Source: Felis catus
Lineage: Eukaryota
DNA length: 64,000 nt
Assembly: GCF_018350175.1 (NCBI RefSeq)
Contig: NC_058368.1
Span: 134,542,001 to 134,606,000, forward strand
Direction: 5' to 3'
In this document: piece by piece, positions 23,940-37,493 of the stretch
Numbering within the stretch: the first letter of the stretch is position 1
Layout of the letters: every line of letters begins with the position of its first letter
The notes under the pieces: model-generated
What the model was told of the DNA's origin: nothing
The model's input: only the letters and a program-made list of their open reading frames with translations
Databases searched by the model: none
Program-made: the position numbers and the translations under genes

Positions 23940-26005
23940 TTTTTTTTTTTAGTTGAGGTTTAATTGATCCTATAATAAACGGCACGTAATTAAAGTATAC
24001 AGCAGGAAATCACCACCACAGTCAAAAACAATGAAAATATCTACTACCTTCAAACATTTCACATTACTAAGAAATGTTTGGAAGTAATAGATATTTGTAG
24101 GTATTTTTATAATTTTCTCCTTCTACTCCTCTTCATCTCCTCCTTCAACTCCCAAGCAATCATTGAACTGCTCTCTGTACTACAGATTAGTTTGCATTTT
24201 CTGGTATTTTACATAAGTTAAGTCATTCCATGCATCATCATTTCTGTGTGGTTCCTTTCACTCACACAAAATTGTTTTGAGATTTATCCACCGTTCATTT
24301 ATTTTGTTGCTAAGGAGTATTCTATTCAATGGATATGCCACAGTTTTTATCCATTCACTTAGTGATTGACATTTAGATTCTTTCTTGTTTGGAGCTGTTA
24401 CAAATAGCATTGCTACGAATATTCTTGTACAACTCTTTGTGGGGGTTTCCTCTCTCTTGGGTAAACACAGGACTGCACTGGCTAGATCATATGGTAGGCA
24501 TATGTTTAACTTTTTAGAAAACTGCCGAACTCTGTTGCAAATTGGTGGTACAGTTTCACATTCCCATTGGTACCATAACATAGTTCCACTTCCTTTGCAT
24601 TCTCACCAGTGTGTGCTAGGGTCCATCTTTTGAATTTTGGCCATTCTCTTATGTATATGGTGGTGTCTCCTTGTGGTTTTAATTTGCATGTCCCTAATTA
24701 CTGATGATGCTGAGGGATGTTTCATTTGTTTATCCATCCTCTGTGTATATTCTGTAGTAAAGTATATTTTGAAATCTTTGCCCATTGTTAAATTAACTTA
24801 TTGGATCTCTTATTTTTTCAATCTTAAGAGCCTTTTAAAAATATTCTAGATATATCTTTTATAAATATTTGAAAATATTTTTCCTCAAACTGTAGCTTGC
24901 CTTTTCATCCTCTTAACAGTGTATTTTGAAGAGCAGAAGTTTTTAATTTTGATGAAGACTAATTTAACAATTTGTTCTTTGGTGGATTGCTGTGTTGACG
25001 TTATATCTAAGAGATTTTTACCTAACCTGGGGTCGCAAAAATTTTGTCCTAATTCTTTCTCCTAGAAATTTTACAGAAGTCTTAAATTTAGGTTCATGCT
25101 CCATTTTGAGTTCATTTTTATGTGAAGTATGAGTTACAGAACCAAGTTTTGTTTTATTTTTTACATATGGTTATCCCATTGTTTCAGCGCCATTTATTAC
25201 AAAGACTATCCTTTCTCCACTGAAGTGTCTTATCTTTGTATCTTTGTAGGACATCACTTTTTCACATATGGATTAATACTGGGCTCTATATTTAATTCTG
25301 TTTATCTGTTCCTTTATGATTACTCTAATACCACACTGTCTTGCTTCATGTAGTTTTATAATAAGTCTTGAAATCGGGTGGTGTTAGCCCTTCAGTGTTG
25401 TTATTTATTAAAGTTGCGTTGACTATTGTAAGTCTTCTCTACTTCCTTATGAAATTTAGGACCAGCTCTTCAACTTTTTGTCCTCCCCCACCAGAAGAAA
25501 AAATCCTGCTGGAATTCCTGCTGGTATTGCACTGAATCCATAGGTCAAGTTGGGGAGAACTGACATTGATGGCAATATTAGGTCTTTTGATCCAGGAGCT
25601 TGGAAAATCTGTCTATTTAATTAGGTCTTTTAAAACTTCCCTTGGAAATACTTAGTGGTTTTTAGTACATAGATCTTCCACATCTTGTCAGGTTTATCCC
25701 TAAATGTTTCATATTTCAGATGGTATTGTAAATGGTATTTTTAATTTTTTTAATTTTTTATGATTTGTTGCTAATATATGGAAATACAACTATTTGGGGG
25801 ATATTGCTTTTGTTTTCTCAACCTTGCTAAACTTATTAGTTCTAGTAGTTTTTGTAGGATTCCATCTGACAGATTCATTTCTTCCTATTCAATTAGGTAT
25901 CTTTTATTTATTTTCTTGCCTTACTGTATTGTCTAGAATACCAATACAGTGTTGCATCAAAGTAGAAAAGGATGTCTGGTGGACATTTTGTCATGTTCCT
26001 AATTA
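23940..26005 (-). mobile_element. L1M (L1MB/L1MC-type) 3' end and part of ORF2
   Basis: Poly-T start followed by antisense 3'UTR and ORF2; ORFs 24258..24581 and 24603..24785 resemble decayed L1 ORF2p C-terminus. Confidence 0.85.
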
Positions 26006-26889
26006 TGGGCTAGTTTTCACACGCAGAGTAGTCAGACCATTCTAAATTCAAAGCGATCTGAATTTTAAATTATGTTGAACAGCAAAGATATTTAAATACA
26101 AATCCTATTTTCAATGAAGAGCTGCTTGGAATATTGGGACTACTTTAGATTTCTCTACATTTGATTTAGTGGAGTGTCTAGGGAATATCCCTCATTGGGG
26201 CTGACACACGTAAGGTATTTGAAGAGAGGAAACCAGTGGGTTTCGGAACCATCATGTCTGCCCTTTGAATGTCACTAAGACGAATGGCAAAAGAAGGGGA
26301 GGTCACTGGGGACAAACATTGTACCACAGTACCTTCCAACTTCTGTGTCCTTTGCATCAGAGCATTGCCAGGAACTGTAATGAGAAATGCAGTTTCTGGA
26401 GATATTGAGTAACCTTGCTCTGGGCACGTAGGACGGTACACACACACCACCTGCCACCCCTCGCTTCTTATTAAGGGCACCCTGTGAAAGTTACTGCAAA
26501 TGAGAGTGAGAATTTGGGATTCACAGTAACAATTGCTATTGTGATGACTCAGAATACCTTTATTAAGGGGCACCCAGAAGTAACCTGACCTAGATGTTCT
26601 AATAAGCTCCCATAGTTTAGTGTGTGGCTCCTATAATTTTTTATCACCTTGGATTATAAACTAGATAAGTTTAAACAGGTCTTGGTGGTCCCGACCCTGC
26701 TTGGAGCACAGCCAGCTTCAGACACAGGGCTGAGGCCCATCCTGGAGGGGAATGCCTGTGACTGGCACAGAATAGGACAGATGGCATGAAGCAGGCTCAG
26801 CCAAAATCATTGCTGTTCCGAGGGAAGTTGACGACTTTCCGGAACTGTCACAGGCGTCCTCAAGCAATCTGGGCCGGGATCATCAAGTT

Positions 26890-27075
26890 ACAGAATATTG
26901 GAGTTAGGAAGGACTTTAGGGATTCACTGAATCCAGTGCTCTCATTCTCCTGATGAAGGGACGAAGCTTGAAGTAAAGTGACTTGCCCAAAGTCTCCCAG
27001 CCAATTAGCGCTGAAGCCAAGACATGATCTCAGGTCTTCTGACTGCTAGTCAGATGTTCTTCTTACAACACTGTA
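26890..27075 (-). mobile_element. MIR
   Basis: gagttaggaaggactttaggg...aagtgacttgcccaaagtc...caggtcttctgact. Confidence 0.75.
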
Positions 27076-28150
27076 TTTGTTCCTATAACTATTTGGTATC
27101 TGTCACCACCTGCCCAACCACTGTCTTGCTGAATATGAAAGTGACGAAAAAGCATGAACTGATCCAATTGCTTGAATGCTTGTAGCTCTGCTTATCCAGG
27201 CATGGTCACATACGACATTTGACGGTCCACAGAGTAACATTTTCAAAATGCTTCTTACTCATAAATCCCCGTGAATGTGAATGAAGTGAATAGCAAACAA
27301 ACTAGTTTCCCCTCAGGGAACTCAGCATGCCTCACCCTTTTTCCCAAACATTCTCCAGTCTCCTATGACTACTCAGCTGACTACTCCATGAGAAACCACA
27401 TTCTCTATTCAGGAAAGAAAGTCACTGCACGGGTTAGTGGTCCCGGGTGCAGTTTCTTGTTACACACTAGAAAAGAACCAATAACCAGCTTCATAAAGAG
27501 AAAAGGACCAGTCTCGGCTGTTGCACCAGGCAGATGTGTGCCCGTGGACCACTTTGTTTTGTTGTCATTGTTCTCTGACTCAAATCAAGTTAAAAACCTC
27601 AATGTCCTTGCTCAGAGAAAGCAAATAGTAACATCCTCCTCGTAGGCCTCTTTGAAAAGCTAGTATGTGTAATGTGCCTGTACTTTCCGATAGTTCATAA
27701 GTGAGAATTGGTTTCTTTCTCCTGTCTCCGGTTCCTCCACCCAAAGAAGTTTAATGTTCTTGCAAAAAATACTCTTAAGGTACAGTAACTGTTGACTCTG
27801 GCCAATTCATTAGCAGGGAGCTAGACTTGAGCAGAAATGTTTTCTAACTTCAGATCAGCACCAGCCCCTGATGGTTTTGATTAAGGTATTGGTGTTAGAA
27901 GTTTCATCCATTTAAGAACAGGAGACAAATCTGGGATGTGCAGCCAAGGTAGAAGACATGTAAGCAAGAGAGAGGAGCCATCTGTTCCCAATGGTTGAAG
28001 TGTCCATTGCTTAAGGATGGTTTGGGCTGAATGCCATCTCTGGGGGCCCTTATGGCTCTGGATTCTTTGGTCATCGCCTTTACACTCAGTAAGCTGTCCA
28101 ACATGCACTAGGTACTGGGAAACTTTAGTTACTTTCTCCAGCCCTGGTCT

Positions 28151-28591
28151 TTGTGTTAGCCTGGTCCTCTGAGAAGCAAAGAGCAAGACGTGGCTAGACG
28201 TGCAAGTATTCTCTTAAGACAAACACCTGTGAGGAAAAATGGGAGGAGAACCAGGGGAGGTGGGGAGGACTGTCAGATCACAGTGTAGGTCTGACCCTTG
28301 TGAGAGAGAGTGGGACAGAAGGCACATTGGGTGGGGGAGTCTTAGGCTGCAGGATAGTTTAAAGAAGTTTAGCAGGGCCAGTGGTGGGGATGGGGTTCCT
28401 CCAGCCAGAGTGCCCGATAGAAGAACCCTCTCTCACCTGGGAATGAGGCTGCCTTAGTATCCCTGATGTGCTCCATCACTGGCTGGGAGCATTAACTCGA
28501 GGACCGGTTTCAGAGTCCAGCAGTCAAGGCCTTCAGTCAACCGTGCTCCTGCAATGGGAGGTCTGAGAGGCACTTCTCATGGCTCTCCTAC
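28151..28591 (-). mobile_element. LTR16-type ERVL solo LTR
   Basis: TG...CA termini; resembles the remembered LTR16 consensus (gctgccttagtatccctg...tcactggctgggagca). Confidence 0.7.
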
Positions 28592-28871
28592 ACACTATAA
28601 AGTAAACAACATAAATGCTGCTAAACATATAGAGCACACGGCAGCAGCAAACTCAAAAGTCCGTTGACACAACTGAAGCACGAAGTCATCATCATTCTAC
28701 TATTACTTTAAGTTCTCTCATTTGCAAACTAGGAAACAATAGACAGAATGGCAATCTAAAATGTCTGCCTTCATCCTGTGACTTCTCAATAATATTCAAG
28801 ACCATGTAGCGGGCTACTGTGCAAAACATGGCATGTCCAGTATTACGCTTCATCTTCATATAAACTCAACT

Positions 28872-29105
28872 GAGGCACCTGGGTGGCTCAGTTGGTTGAG
28901 CATCTGAGTCTTGATTTTGGCTCGGGTCATGATTTCAGGGTTTGTGGGTTTGAGCCCTACATCAGACTCTGTGCTGACAGTGTGGAGCCCGCTTAGGATT
29001 CTCTCCCCCTCTCTCTCTCTGCTCCTCCTTCTTTTTCTCTTTCTCTCTCTCTGTCTCTCTCTCTCTCTCTGTCTCTCTCTCAAAATAAATAAACTTAAAA
29101 AAATA
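28872..29105 (+). mobile_element. CanSINE inserted in a MIR (about 28790-29230, minus strand)
   Basis: SINE structure; MIR motifs continue on both sides (gatgagactgagacccagccaggttaaacagcttgtccaagg). Confidence 0.9.
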
Positions 29106-31729
29106 AATTTGATGGAGGGAATATTATCTCAGGTGATGAGACTGAGACCCAGCCAGGTTAAACAGCTTGTCCAAGGGTACACAACTAGTAATTGACAAAG
29201 CTAAGATTCAAGAATAGACTGTTTCCAGTGTGCACCCACAAAACCAGTTCCTTCAACTCTTCTTCCCTTGTTAAAGTTTGAAAAACCAGAAAAAAAAAAA
29301 ACAGCAATTAAAGTGGCCATTTAAAACTCAGAGAGGTCAACTTGATCCTAGCTTATAGTCAGCACTAATTGCTATGTTAATTATCCAACTCATTTCTGGT
29401 TTTATCTATTTTCACCTCTGTGGTGAGAGATTATGAGGGCTTTTCCTCATTTTTTCTGAAGTACACAAAGCACACCAGTGATGTATGTGTTCCAAGAACT
29501 CTGAAAAACTGGAAAGTTTTCTAAAGAATTATGAAACTGATGGACCCAATGCCACTGTTTATCAAAAATGTGTTTCCAAGTTATGCCACAGAAAATGTTG
29601 CCTGATAGAGTAGAAACCTTACCTTGTCCTTTGTGGCTGAGCACCAAAGTTTTCCCTTCTCCATATGTCTTCGGTTCTATTTGCTGTCACTTAGTCTGAC
29701 TAAGTGAACTTACTGAACACTTCCCGAAACCTCACTGAGATCAGGAGATAGGGTACAAAGAACACAGAGATTTCAGCCCCCATCTCCAAGAACATTACAA
29801 TTAATTTGGGGAAACAGAGGTTATACTCAAGATGGAAATGTAAGATCACTTTAAGCAATGTACAGACATATTCAAATGCATTTGGGTCACTGTGACCACA
29901 AAAGGAAGAAAAGTCATGTAACTTTGTGTCGTGGAACAACACAAGTGGTCTGGAGAAAGGAGTGGGGTGGGGGCTGGTCCTGAACCAGGGGTTCTAACCT
30001 TGATTTTGCTCTGACAGTGCAAGCGGGAGCTAGCCACCAGTTTTGAAATTTGGTTTCTTCATAAAATGAAGCTGTTGGTCAAGAGCAGGGATTTTCTAAC
30101 TGTAAAACCAAGAGCCATTTTTCTTTCCTCCTCCCAGTGAACCCCAATCTAGGTTTGAATCAAATTCAAGCTGGAGGTGGAGAGAAATAAAGACTCCCTG
30201 TATATCCTGTCATATGAAAGTCTCTTAAGCTGTTTACGCAATCATGGATTTCCAGGGAAACAATTTGAAAACCTCTACTCTGGACATTTTTTAAGGTACC
30301 CTCTTGCATTAAAGTGTGAGGATTTGATGACTCCCAGAGCATGGACACTTTAACGTGGGAAACAGATTTCCGTTCTTTCAAGATTTGAGTGCATCTCAAT
30401 TTATAAATCAATGGTAGTTGAGTCGAAGTAGACACCTTGTATCTCCCTACTGTAATGAGATGTGAGATCAATAACCCATTAGGCAAGAAATCTGGGCCTT
30501 CTTTCGCTTATAAACATTTACTGAGCATCTTCAATGTGCTGAACATTCTAGATACCAAGTGCTGACCTTTAAATCCCTTAAGGAGTACTCAGTCTAATAG
30601 GTTCTTAGACCAGAAAACATTCTTCAGTTTGAAAAGCCCCCCAGAAGGCAAGGTGAGAATGGTGTGGAGTGTTCTCAGTTAGAGCTTTTAAGAATTGGTT
30701 ATTTATTTTATCTAAATGGAACTACTCTGGGCACGTTTAACATGTGTAACGCAGCCTGAGGAGTTTGTGTAGGAAGGCCCAGCAGAGAAAGTATGGTAGG
30801 GTCTTGAGTCCCAGCCTAGAGCACAGTGAACTCAAGTGAGGCCTCAGAAAGCAGATGGAAAATGTTCTGCATGAATGTGCTTGATTGATCATCTTATGCT
30901 GAGACAGGGCCCCAAATGGATGCATTCCATCAGAAAATGGGCCACAAAATGTCAGTCTACCAGGGCACCACCGGTACAGACATGTCTCATTAGAGTACTT
31001 GCCCATAGAACCCCAACATCTCTAATTTCCCAATGGCTAATTTAAATCTTACTCTGCCTCAGGAGCGTTGCAATGTGGCCATTGATGGACTCGGTGAGAA
31101 GTTTACATGATAGAACGTCAGATTCTAACACTTTTCTAACGAGGAGAGAAAGTAAGGGTACACAGTATAGAAGCATTCTAATAGAAATAATTTGGAGAAA
31201 AGAGAATAGAAACAAGACAGAATATAAAAGGAAGCTCCTTTATACTTAGAAGTATGTAGTTTTGTATCTATGTCTGTATTTTCGTGTATTATTACTTTAT
31301 AAATATTTATTTATGTTTTATATGTGTAATTTTACATTTATAAATGAGTAGGAATAAAGATGATGTAAATATACTTATATATAAGTATATTTATAAGTAT
31401 GTTATTTAATTATATATTTATAACACAAAAGGTACCACTTACATACCTTTCTTTGGATGGTACCAAGATCACTTTGGAAGTGAATACACATTAGTTCTCT
31501 TCATATAAGATAGTCATCCTAACTTCTCCAGGCACTGAGGGTACGTAGCATTTTGTGCATATCAACTGTGATCAAACTGCACCAAATACCATAGTTCTTG
31601 CCAAGAGGTTGAAAAGGGACTGAACGCTGAGATATGTCCTTATGATACATAACTGTTGAACACATAGCCCATAGATCAGTGCCTTGCTATCACTTGACAT
31701 TGACAAAAGTTTTCTTCTTTTGATAAATC

Positions 31730-32160
31730 ATTTTTTGTATCATAGAAAATCCCAAACATGTACAAAAGCAGAGACAATAGTGTAAGAGACTCCCAGGTAT
31801 CATTATCTAATTTCGCCAATTATCAACTGAAAGCCGGTTGTATTTCATTTATATGCCTATTCACTTTCTCCCTATCCCATGCCTGGATTACTTTGAAGTA
31901 TAAATATGACATCATATCATTTCACTGATAGATATTTTGGTATGTATCTCTAAAATGTAAGGACTTAAAAAAAACCCTAAAACCATTATCACATCTTAAA
32001 AAGAGTTAGCGATAATGACTTATATCAAATATCCAGGCAGTTTTTAAATATTCCTCACCATCTCATAATTTTTATAAAAATTTTTTATTTCAGTGAACTT
32101 CATAAAAAGTCAGTGCATGGCAGTTCACTGATATGTCTCTCAAATTTCCTTTCATGTACA
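31730..32160 (-). mobile_element. Old L1M 3' end fragment
   Basis: gaaaatcccaaacatgtacaaaagcagagacaatagtgtaa...atattttggtatgtatctctaaaa. Confidence 0.65.
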
Positions 32161-32167
32161 GAAGTTC

Positions 32168-32586
32168 CAGTAAGGATGTTGTGTGAGCCACATATGTAAT
32201 ATTAAATTGTCTAACAGTCACATTTAAAATGTTTTTTTAAAAAATGCTATTTGTCAGTAGGCAATCTCATTTTATTTTTTTTTAATTTTTTAATTTTTTT
32301 TTGTATTTATTGTTGAGAGAGACAGACAGACAGACAGATTGCAAGCTGGGGTGGGGCAGAGAGAAAGGGAGACACAGAATCCGAAGCAGACTCCAGACGC
32401 TGAACTGTCAGCACAGAGCCCGACACAGGGCTCAAACTCACAAACTGTGAGATCGTGATCTGAGCCAAAAAGTTGGATGCTTAATCGACTGAGCCACCCA
32501 GGTGCCCACAGTGTCATTTTAAACTAGCCACATTTCAAATGTTTAACATGTATATGTACATAGTAGCTATTTTTTGGACAGTGCAG
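32168..32586. mobile_element. MER3/MER33-like hAT-Charlie element split by a CanSINE
   Basis: gagccacatatgtaat...ctagccacatttcaaatg...ttggacagtgcag. Confidence 0.65.
32270..32506 (-). mobile_element. Felid CanSINE
   Basis: Full SINE; TSD-like t(c/g)tcatttt. Confidence 0.92.
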
Positions 32587-35500
32587 GTCTATAGATTCCC
32601 TCTTCAAAGCATAAGTTTTTGGTAATCAAAACAAAGGAGCATAGGAAAGGATTTTTATTTAACTCTTCCTTACCAGAGAGGATTCCCGCCAGTGTGATAT
32701 ATGCGTGCTTTAGCCTCTCTCCTGAAAGCTTAAAGCAGACACTGTGTGCCCATAGTTTCTTTGGGAATATGATCCTTTAGTGCAGTGGGTCGTCATACAA
32801 GAGTAAAACATGAAAGGAGGGTAAACCTGTGCAAAAATACATGGTAGAGCTGGCTTCTGCTACAGGCAACTGGTATTTCATTGTGCTGGGACCTTCTGAG
32901 GAATGTTCCAAAACACGCACAGAGCTGATAGCTTGGGGCAAACAGGAAAGCATTATTCTCCTGTCTCCCCAGTGCCAGAAGATGGACCTCAGGCATTATG
33001 ACCCTTCTGCTTCTGGCTGTGAATGCATGAGTGAGGGTCCAGCAGTTTTGCAGAGTGGAGATAAAGCAAGAGGTATCTGACTGGGACAGAGACAAAGTTC
33101 TGGCAGGTTCTGACCTCTGAAAGCTATGCTGATCTGACCGAAGCCTGCAGGCAACAGGTCACCTGCTGCAGCGGTGGGCAGAGTGAGGAGCAAAGCTGAG
33201 AGGGTTCCAGAATGGAACACCACACGGATCTAACAGGGCGCCCTTAGAGTTGAAAGTAAACAGGAGGTAGATAAAGAACATTTTCCACAGAGATGTTGTG
33301 CGTGACAGGAGATGGGGAACACAGTTAAAGAGGTATCACAAGGAGCAGGGAGAGAAAAGATTGGGAATATAATTCCAACTGAATTCCCATATCCACTAAT
33401 ATTTTTTTAAAGCCTCAGGATTCTTCAAATACAATTAACAATGCCTCACATTCCAGCCAGAATATACAATGTTCTGGTTTTCATTTCTACTCCGTGCTTA
33501 GCTTTATTGCCTTATTGCATTGTTCTGGACTTAATCTGATTTTCATAATATGGACAGTAGCCAATCAGTGCTTACACATCGCATGTACTTAATAAACAAC
33601 ACATTTCCACCACCTTTAGTTGAGATGGTTTCGTGAAGTCGTTTTTTCAGAGCTAGAAGAGACCTTGGAAAGAGACATGTCAAACCAATGCCACTAAGTA
33701 ATACAAGAATTCTCACAAGATCCTTCACTGGAAACAGTCATTCATCCCATGCTGCCACCAGGGAATAAATGGGAAATAACCTGGTTTAGTTGTGAGCGTC
33801 TCCTTTCATCCGAGTGCTTCAAGTCGTCGAAAAGTTAGGCTGCTAATCCAACCTCCACCCGTAAGGGCTGCTATCTACAGCATGACATGAGTTCGCCTGA
33901 AAGTTGTTAAGTTCAAGGATTGCTGGGTTCTGTAAACCACCCTTCACCAAACCCGTATTCCAAAAATTCTGTGAGTCTGCTTACCTGCCCCGCTGCTACT
34001 GTGCTATAGCAGATGAGTCATCTGTCAGAGTGAGCTCCGCTATGACTTGAAATGTCTGTGATAGCTATAAAAATAATTGAGTTTATGAATGCTGCACACC
34101 TTATGGGATCTCATGATCTGTATACCTAAAGCCTGTTCATGGAATAAAAATATTACTGCACTGGGACACAAACGATGAATCTGAAGATACGTACAGACCT
34201 CAGCGCTCATCTAGCATGCAAAGACAATTCTGTGATTTCTAACCCAATTTCCCTTTCTACACTCTCCCTAAAGGGAAGAGCTAATTGGCACTTGGAAAGA
34301 TGTTAAGTTTATCTACACAATAAAGGGCTCAGAGAAATCCTGTGGAGGAAGGGATGGAGGGAAATAGGCCCTGTGGGGTAGGGGAGGAAGAACAGTATTA
34401 AGTTGGGAGTGGGGGGTGAAGGCAATCTACTAGAATCTGAATTGCTGGGATGAGTAAAGGAAAATGGAGCTGGAGCAGAAAGACAGTTTCAACACTGCCG
34501 TGGATTAGGGAAGGAGAGCCTCTGAAATATGCTTTTCAGGAAGTTATAAAGGAAGAAATTGCCTCTTAATTAATGTTGCCCAGTGAACTGTTCCTGTTAA
34601 TTGCTATGAAGATCTCTGTGCTTATATGGGTTATGCTCCTTTCCTCCGGGGGAGACCCAGGCTCCATGAGATGCTAACCAGGTGAGGGAAAGTGGTCCAG
34701 CTGCCGATTTACTTGGCTTTATGTCTTGGTTTTCATCTCTCTATTGGGTCCTTTTTTTCAAAGCTGCACTTTTTAAAAACTCTTTCTTGGCTTAGCTTTT
34801 GCAATATTTCTTCTGAGCGTATCGCCATTGTGGTTACGTTTCCGCTGCGTTGTTAGTCATTCCATTTTGCAGCAGACACATATAGAGTGCCAAACATATG
34901 GCAGCTTTGACACTGAGAACTAGGAGTTGAAGATGATCCATGATGAGATCTTGCACTGAAAGCTCACCCTCTGCCAGTAATGGCACTGGGGTGCACTCTG
35001 GGGCCCCTGAGCGGGAGTGTTCAAAAATACATACATAGTAATGTTGGTGTTCATCATACTGCGGGCCATGACCTCAGGAACCTTATTATGCCTGTGATTG
35101 CCAAGTCAGGGCACCCACCAAGATAACTTCAGTTTTGGATAGTTATTTGCAGGGATGGATGAAAACTAAAAAATCCAGTCATTCATCCAGATATATTGCC
35201 AATATTTGGAAATTTCTGGGCAACTGTCTTGATTTCCTTCACTTTCATCTTGAAGTTTGGCCTCATGTAGCCATATGTTGAGTGTAAGCACTTTCAGGAA
35301 TGCATAGCCTTGGCTTCAAGGACATTTTCATTTGATTGGAGGTGATAACACAACTGGAACAGAGTCATGGCATTTGATGTATCCCTCCCCTTCCAGTAAA
35401 AATGGTTGGAAGAGGTTCAACACCTGAAATTAGCCAGAACTTCAAGTTGTACATCTCATCATTAAATTTATCACTTTAGAACCTGGATTTTCTTGACACG

Positions 35501-36791
35501 TAAGGCTTTTCTAAAATAAATGCTTAGAGCTGGGAAGATGCCCAGCATATTAAGCCTTGAACCTTACAAAGGGAATCATTTTGCAAATGGAAATATGTCC
35601 TTTAATATAAACTGGGCGACTATTCAATCACTAAGCCTTGCCTTGCAGTATCCTATTTAATCCACTTAGTGTTCTGTTCTTTTCCATTCATCTAGCTTGA
35701 GCCACAAATATGTTGTTTCTCGTTTTGCTCTCTGAGGATATTTTTTCCCTTATCATGACTTAGACGCGGCCAGAAGAATAGTATCCGTGCCTAGAAATGA
35801 ATTATGAATCATTCAGTAGTTTCAGAACCCAAAGGGATAAGAAAAGCAATAATCCCAAATATTCCAGTCATTCTTTTTTACTCTACTTTTTTTGCAGAAA
35901 AAGAAAAAAGCTATAATTTGAAAAAGTTCCTGCAGAATTGTCTCGTGAAAGTCAGAGAAACAGATGTGCTGGAGAGAATAGGTAAGAATAAAAAGTGAGG
36001 CAAGAAAGAATATTTAAATGCATCTTTACCAGATAAAATTCTGATGGTCAGTATGTGGGCCAGGATGTGAAGACAGGAGAGTATGCCCATTGTGGCTTTA
36101 ACTCCAAGGTGTACCTTTCTGTTCTCCACAAAATGGAGAAGGAAAGGCAAAGTGTACCTCTTCTGGTGTGAGTCAGGCCCACCCTGGATATCTGAAGGCC
36201 CATTTAGGAATGAAGCCTGGTCCATTCAGAGATGACCTTGTGATCTACAGAAAAGTACTTCTGTATTTAGGAAGCTCAGCTTGTGCCCAAAATAGAACCG
36301 ATGGTCTCTTGGGCCTCCCCTCATAGTCCAAGGTAAACTAAATGAGCTAAAGAAATAGTAAGTCTGAATTAACATTTAGAATCTGTGACAGGTAAAAAGG
36401 GGATCCTTCACAAAGGAACATCGTCATGCCTTGCATCAGACTCAAAGATCTGTCCCAATGTAAGTAAGACTGTGTCTTTATACTGCAGAACTGTAAAGGC
36501 AATGCACAGAGGTAAATTTACAATCCACAGGCGAACTTCATATGCAGAAAATCATGTGAAGTACTCTACAGTCTCATTGACAAATACCAGATCTGAAAGG
36601 TTAAGTAATTTATGTGAGGGCCCCGATCATAGAGTTTATTAGTAAAGGTTGGTTAGTATGGATTAATTAGTGAAGATAGTAAAGATGATTGTAGAAGGTC
36701 TGGTTCCCAGTTTTCCTGTTGCCTATCTCTAAGTCCATTATTTAATCTCACAGTTGGGTAACACTTAATTGCATCAGGTCTTTCAAATAGC

Positions 36792-37493
36792 TGTACCAGA
36801 GACCATTCTTTACCTACTCCAATATCCACTTGCTGCCTTCTTTTAATACAAGAACCTGATTTCTACCTACACTTTAGCAAATAAAATTACAGATTGCCAA
36901 GATAAACTTGACTTCCAGGGGAAAGAAAAATTTAGTACAAATATGTCCCAAATATTGTACATGCATACAAAAAAAAACTGATTATGTGAAAATCAAATTG
37001 AATTAACCATTCTTTACCATGAAACCCTGCTACTCACCTCTTATGTTTCTACCCAGCTAACAGTACATTTCCAAAGCTCATACTGTGTTGTGATCTTGTG
37101 ACCAAGTTCCAGCCAATGAAATGGAAGTTTGTGTTGTTAGTAGAAAACCTCCTTTAAAGAAAGGGGCATAGTCTTCTCTTCTCTCCCCCATCCTCATATT
37201 GCCATCTGAGAAGGATATGATGGAAGAAGAGAAGAACAATCATGAGCTGTGAAGAACAAGGTCATACCTTAGCTCTGGTAGAGATAGAAGGAGCCAGGGT
37301 TCCTGATAATATCATGCTTCTGATATACCTCTCGGAGCTGCCTCTCTGCAAATTTCCCTTAATGTAGAGAGAGAAGAGGTGAGGGGAAGGGGAGAAGGAG
37401 AGAGAGAGAGAAAAAAAACAACTTTTATCTCATTTAAACCACCCTTAGTTTGGACTTTGTTAGATACAGTTGAGTCCAATCCTAACTGATACA
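36792..37493 (+). mobile_element. MLT1J-like MaLR LTR containing a MER53-like hAT insertion (about 36870-37030)
   Basis: gtgaccaagttccagccaatgaaat...tcctaactgataca terminus; inner element tttagcaaataaaa...aaatatgtcccaaatattg...aaccctg. Confidence 0.65.

Noticed and set aside
26178..26573. 131-aa minus-strand ORF
   Set aside because: No recognisable homology or convincing splice context; probably a chance ORF.
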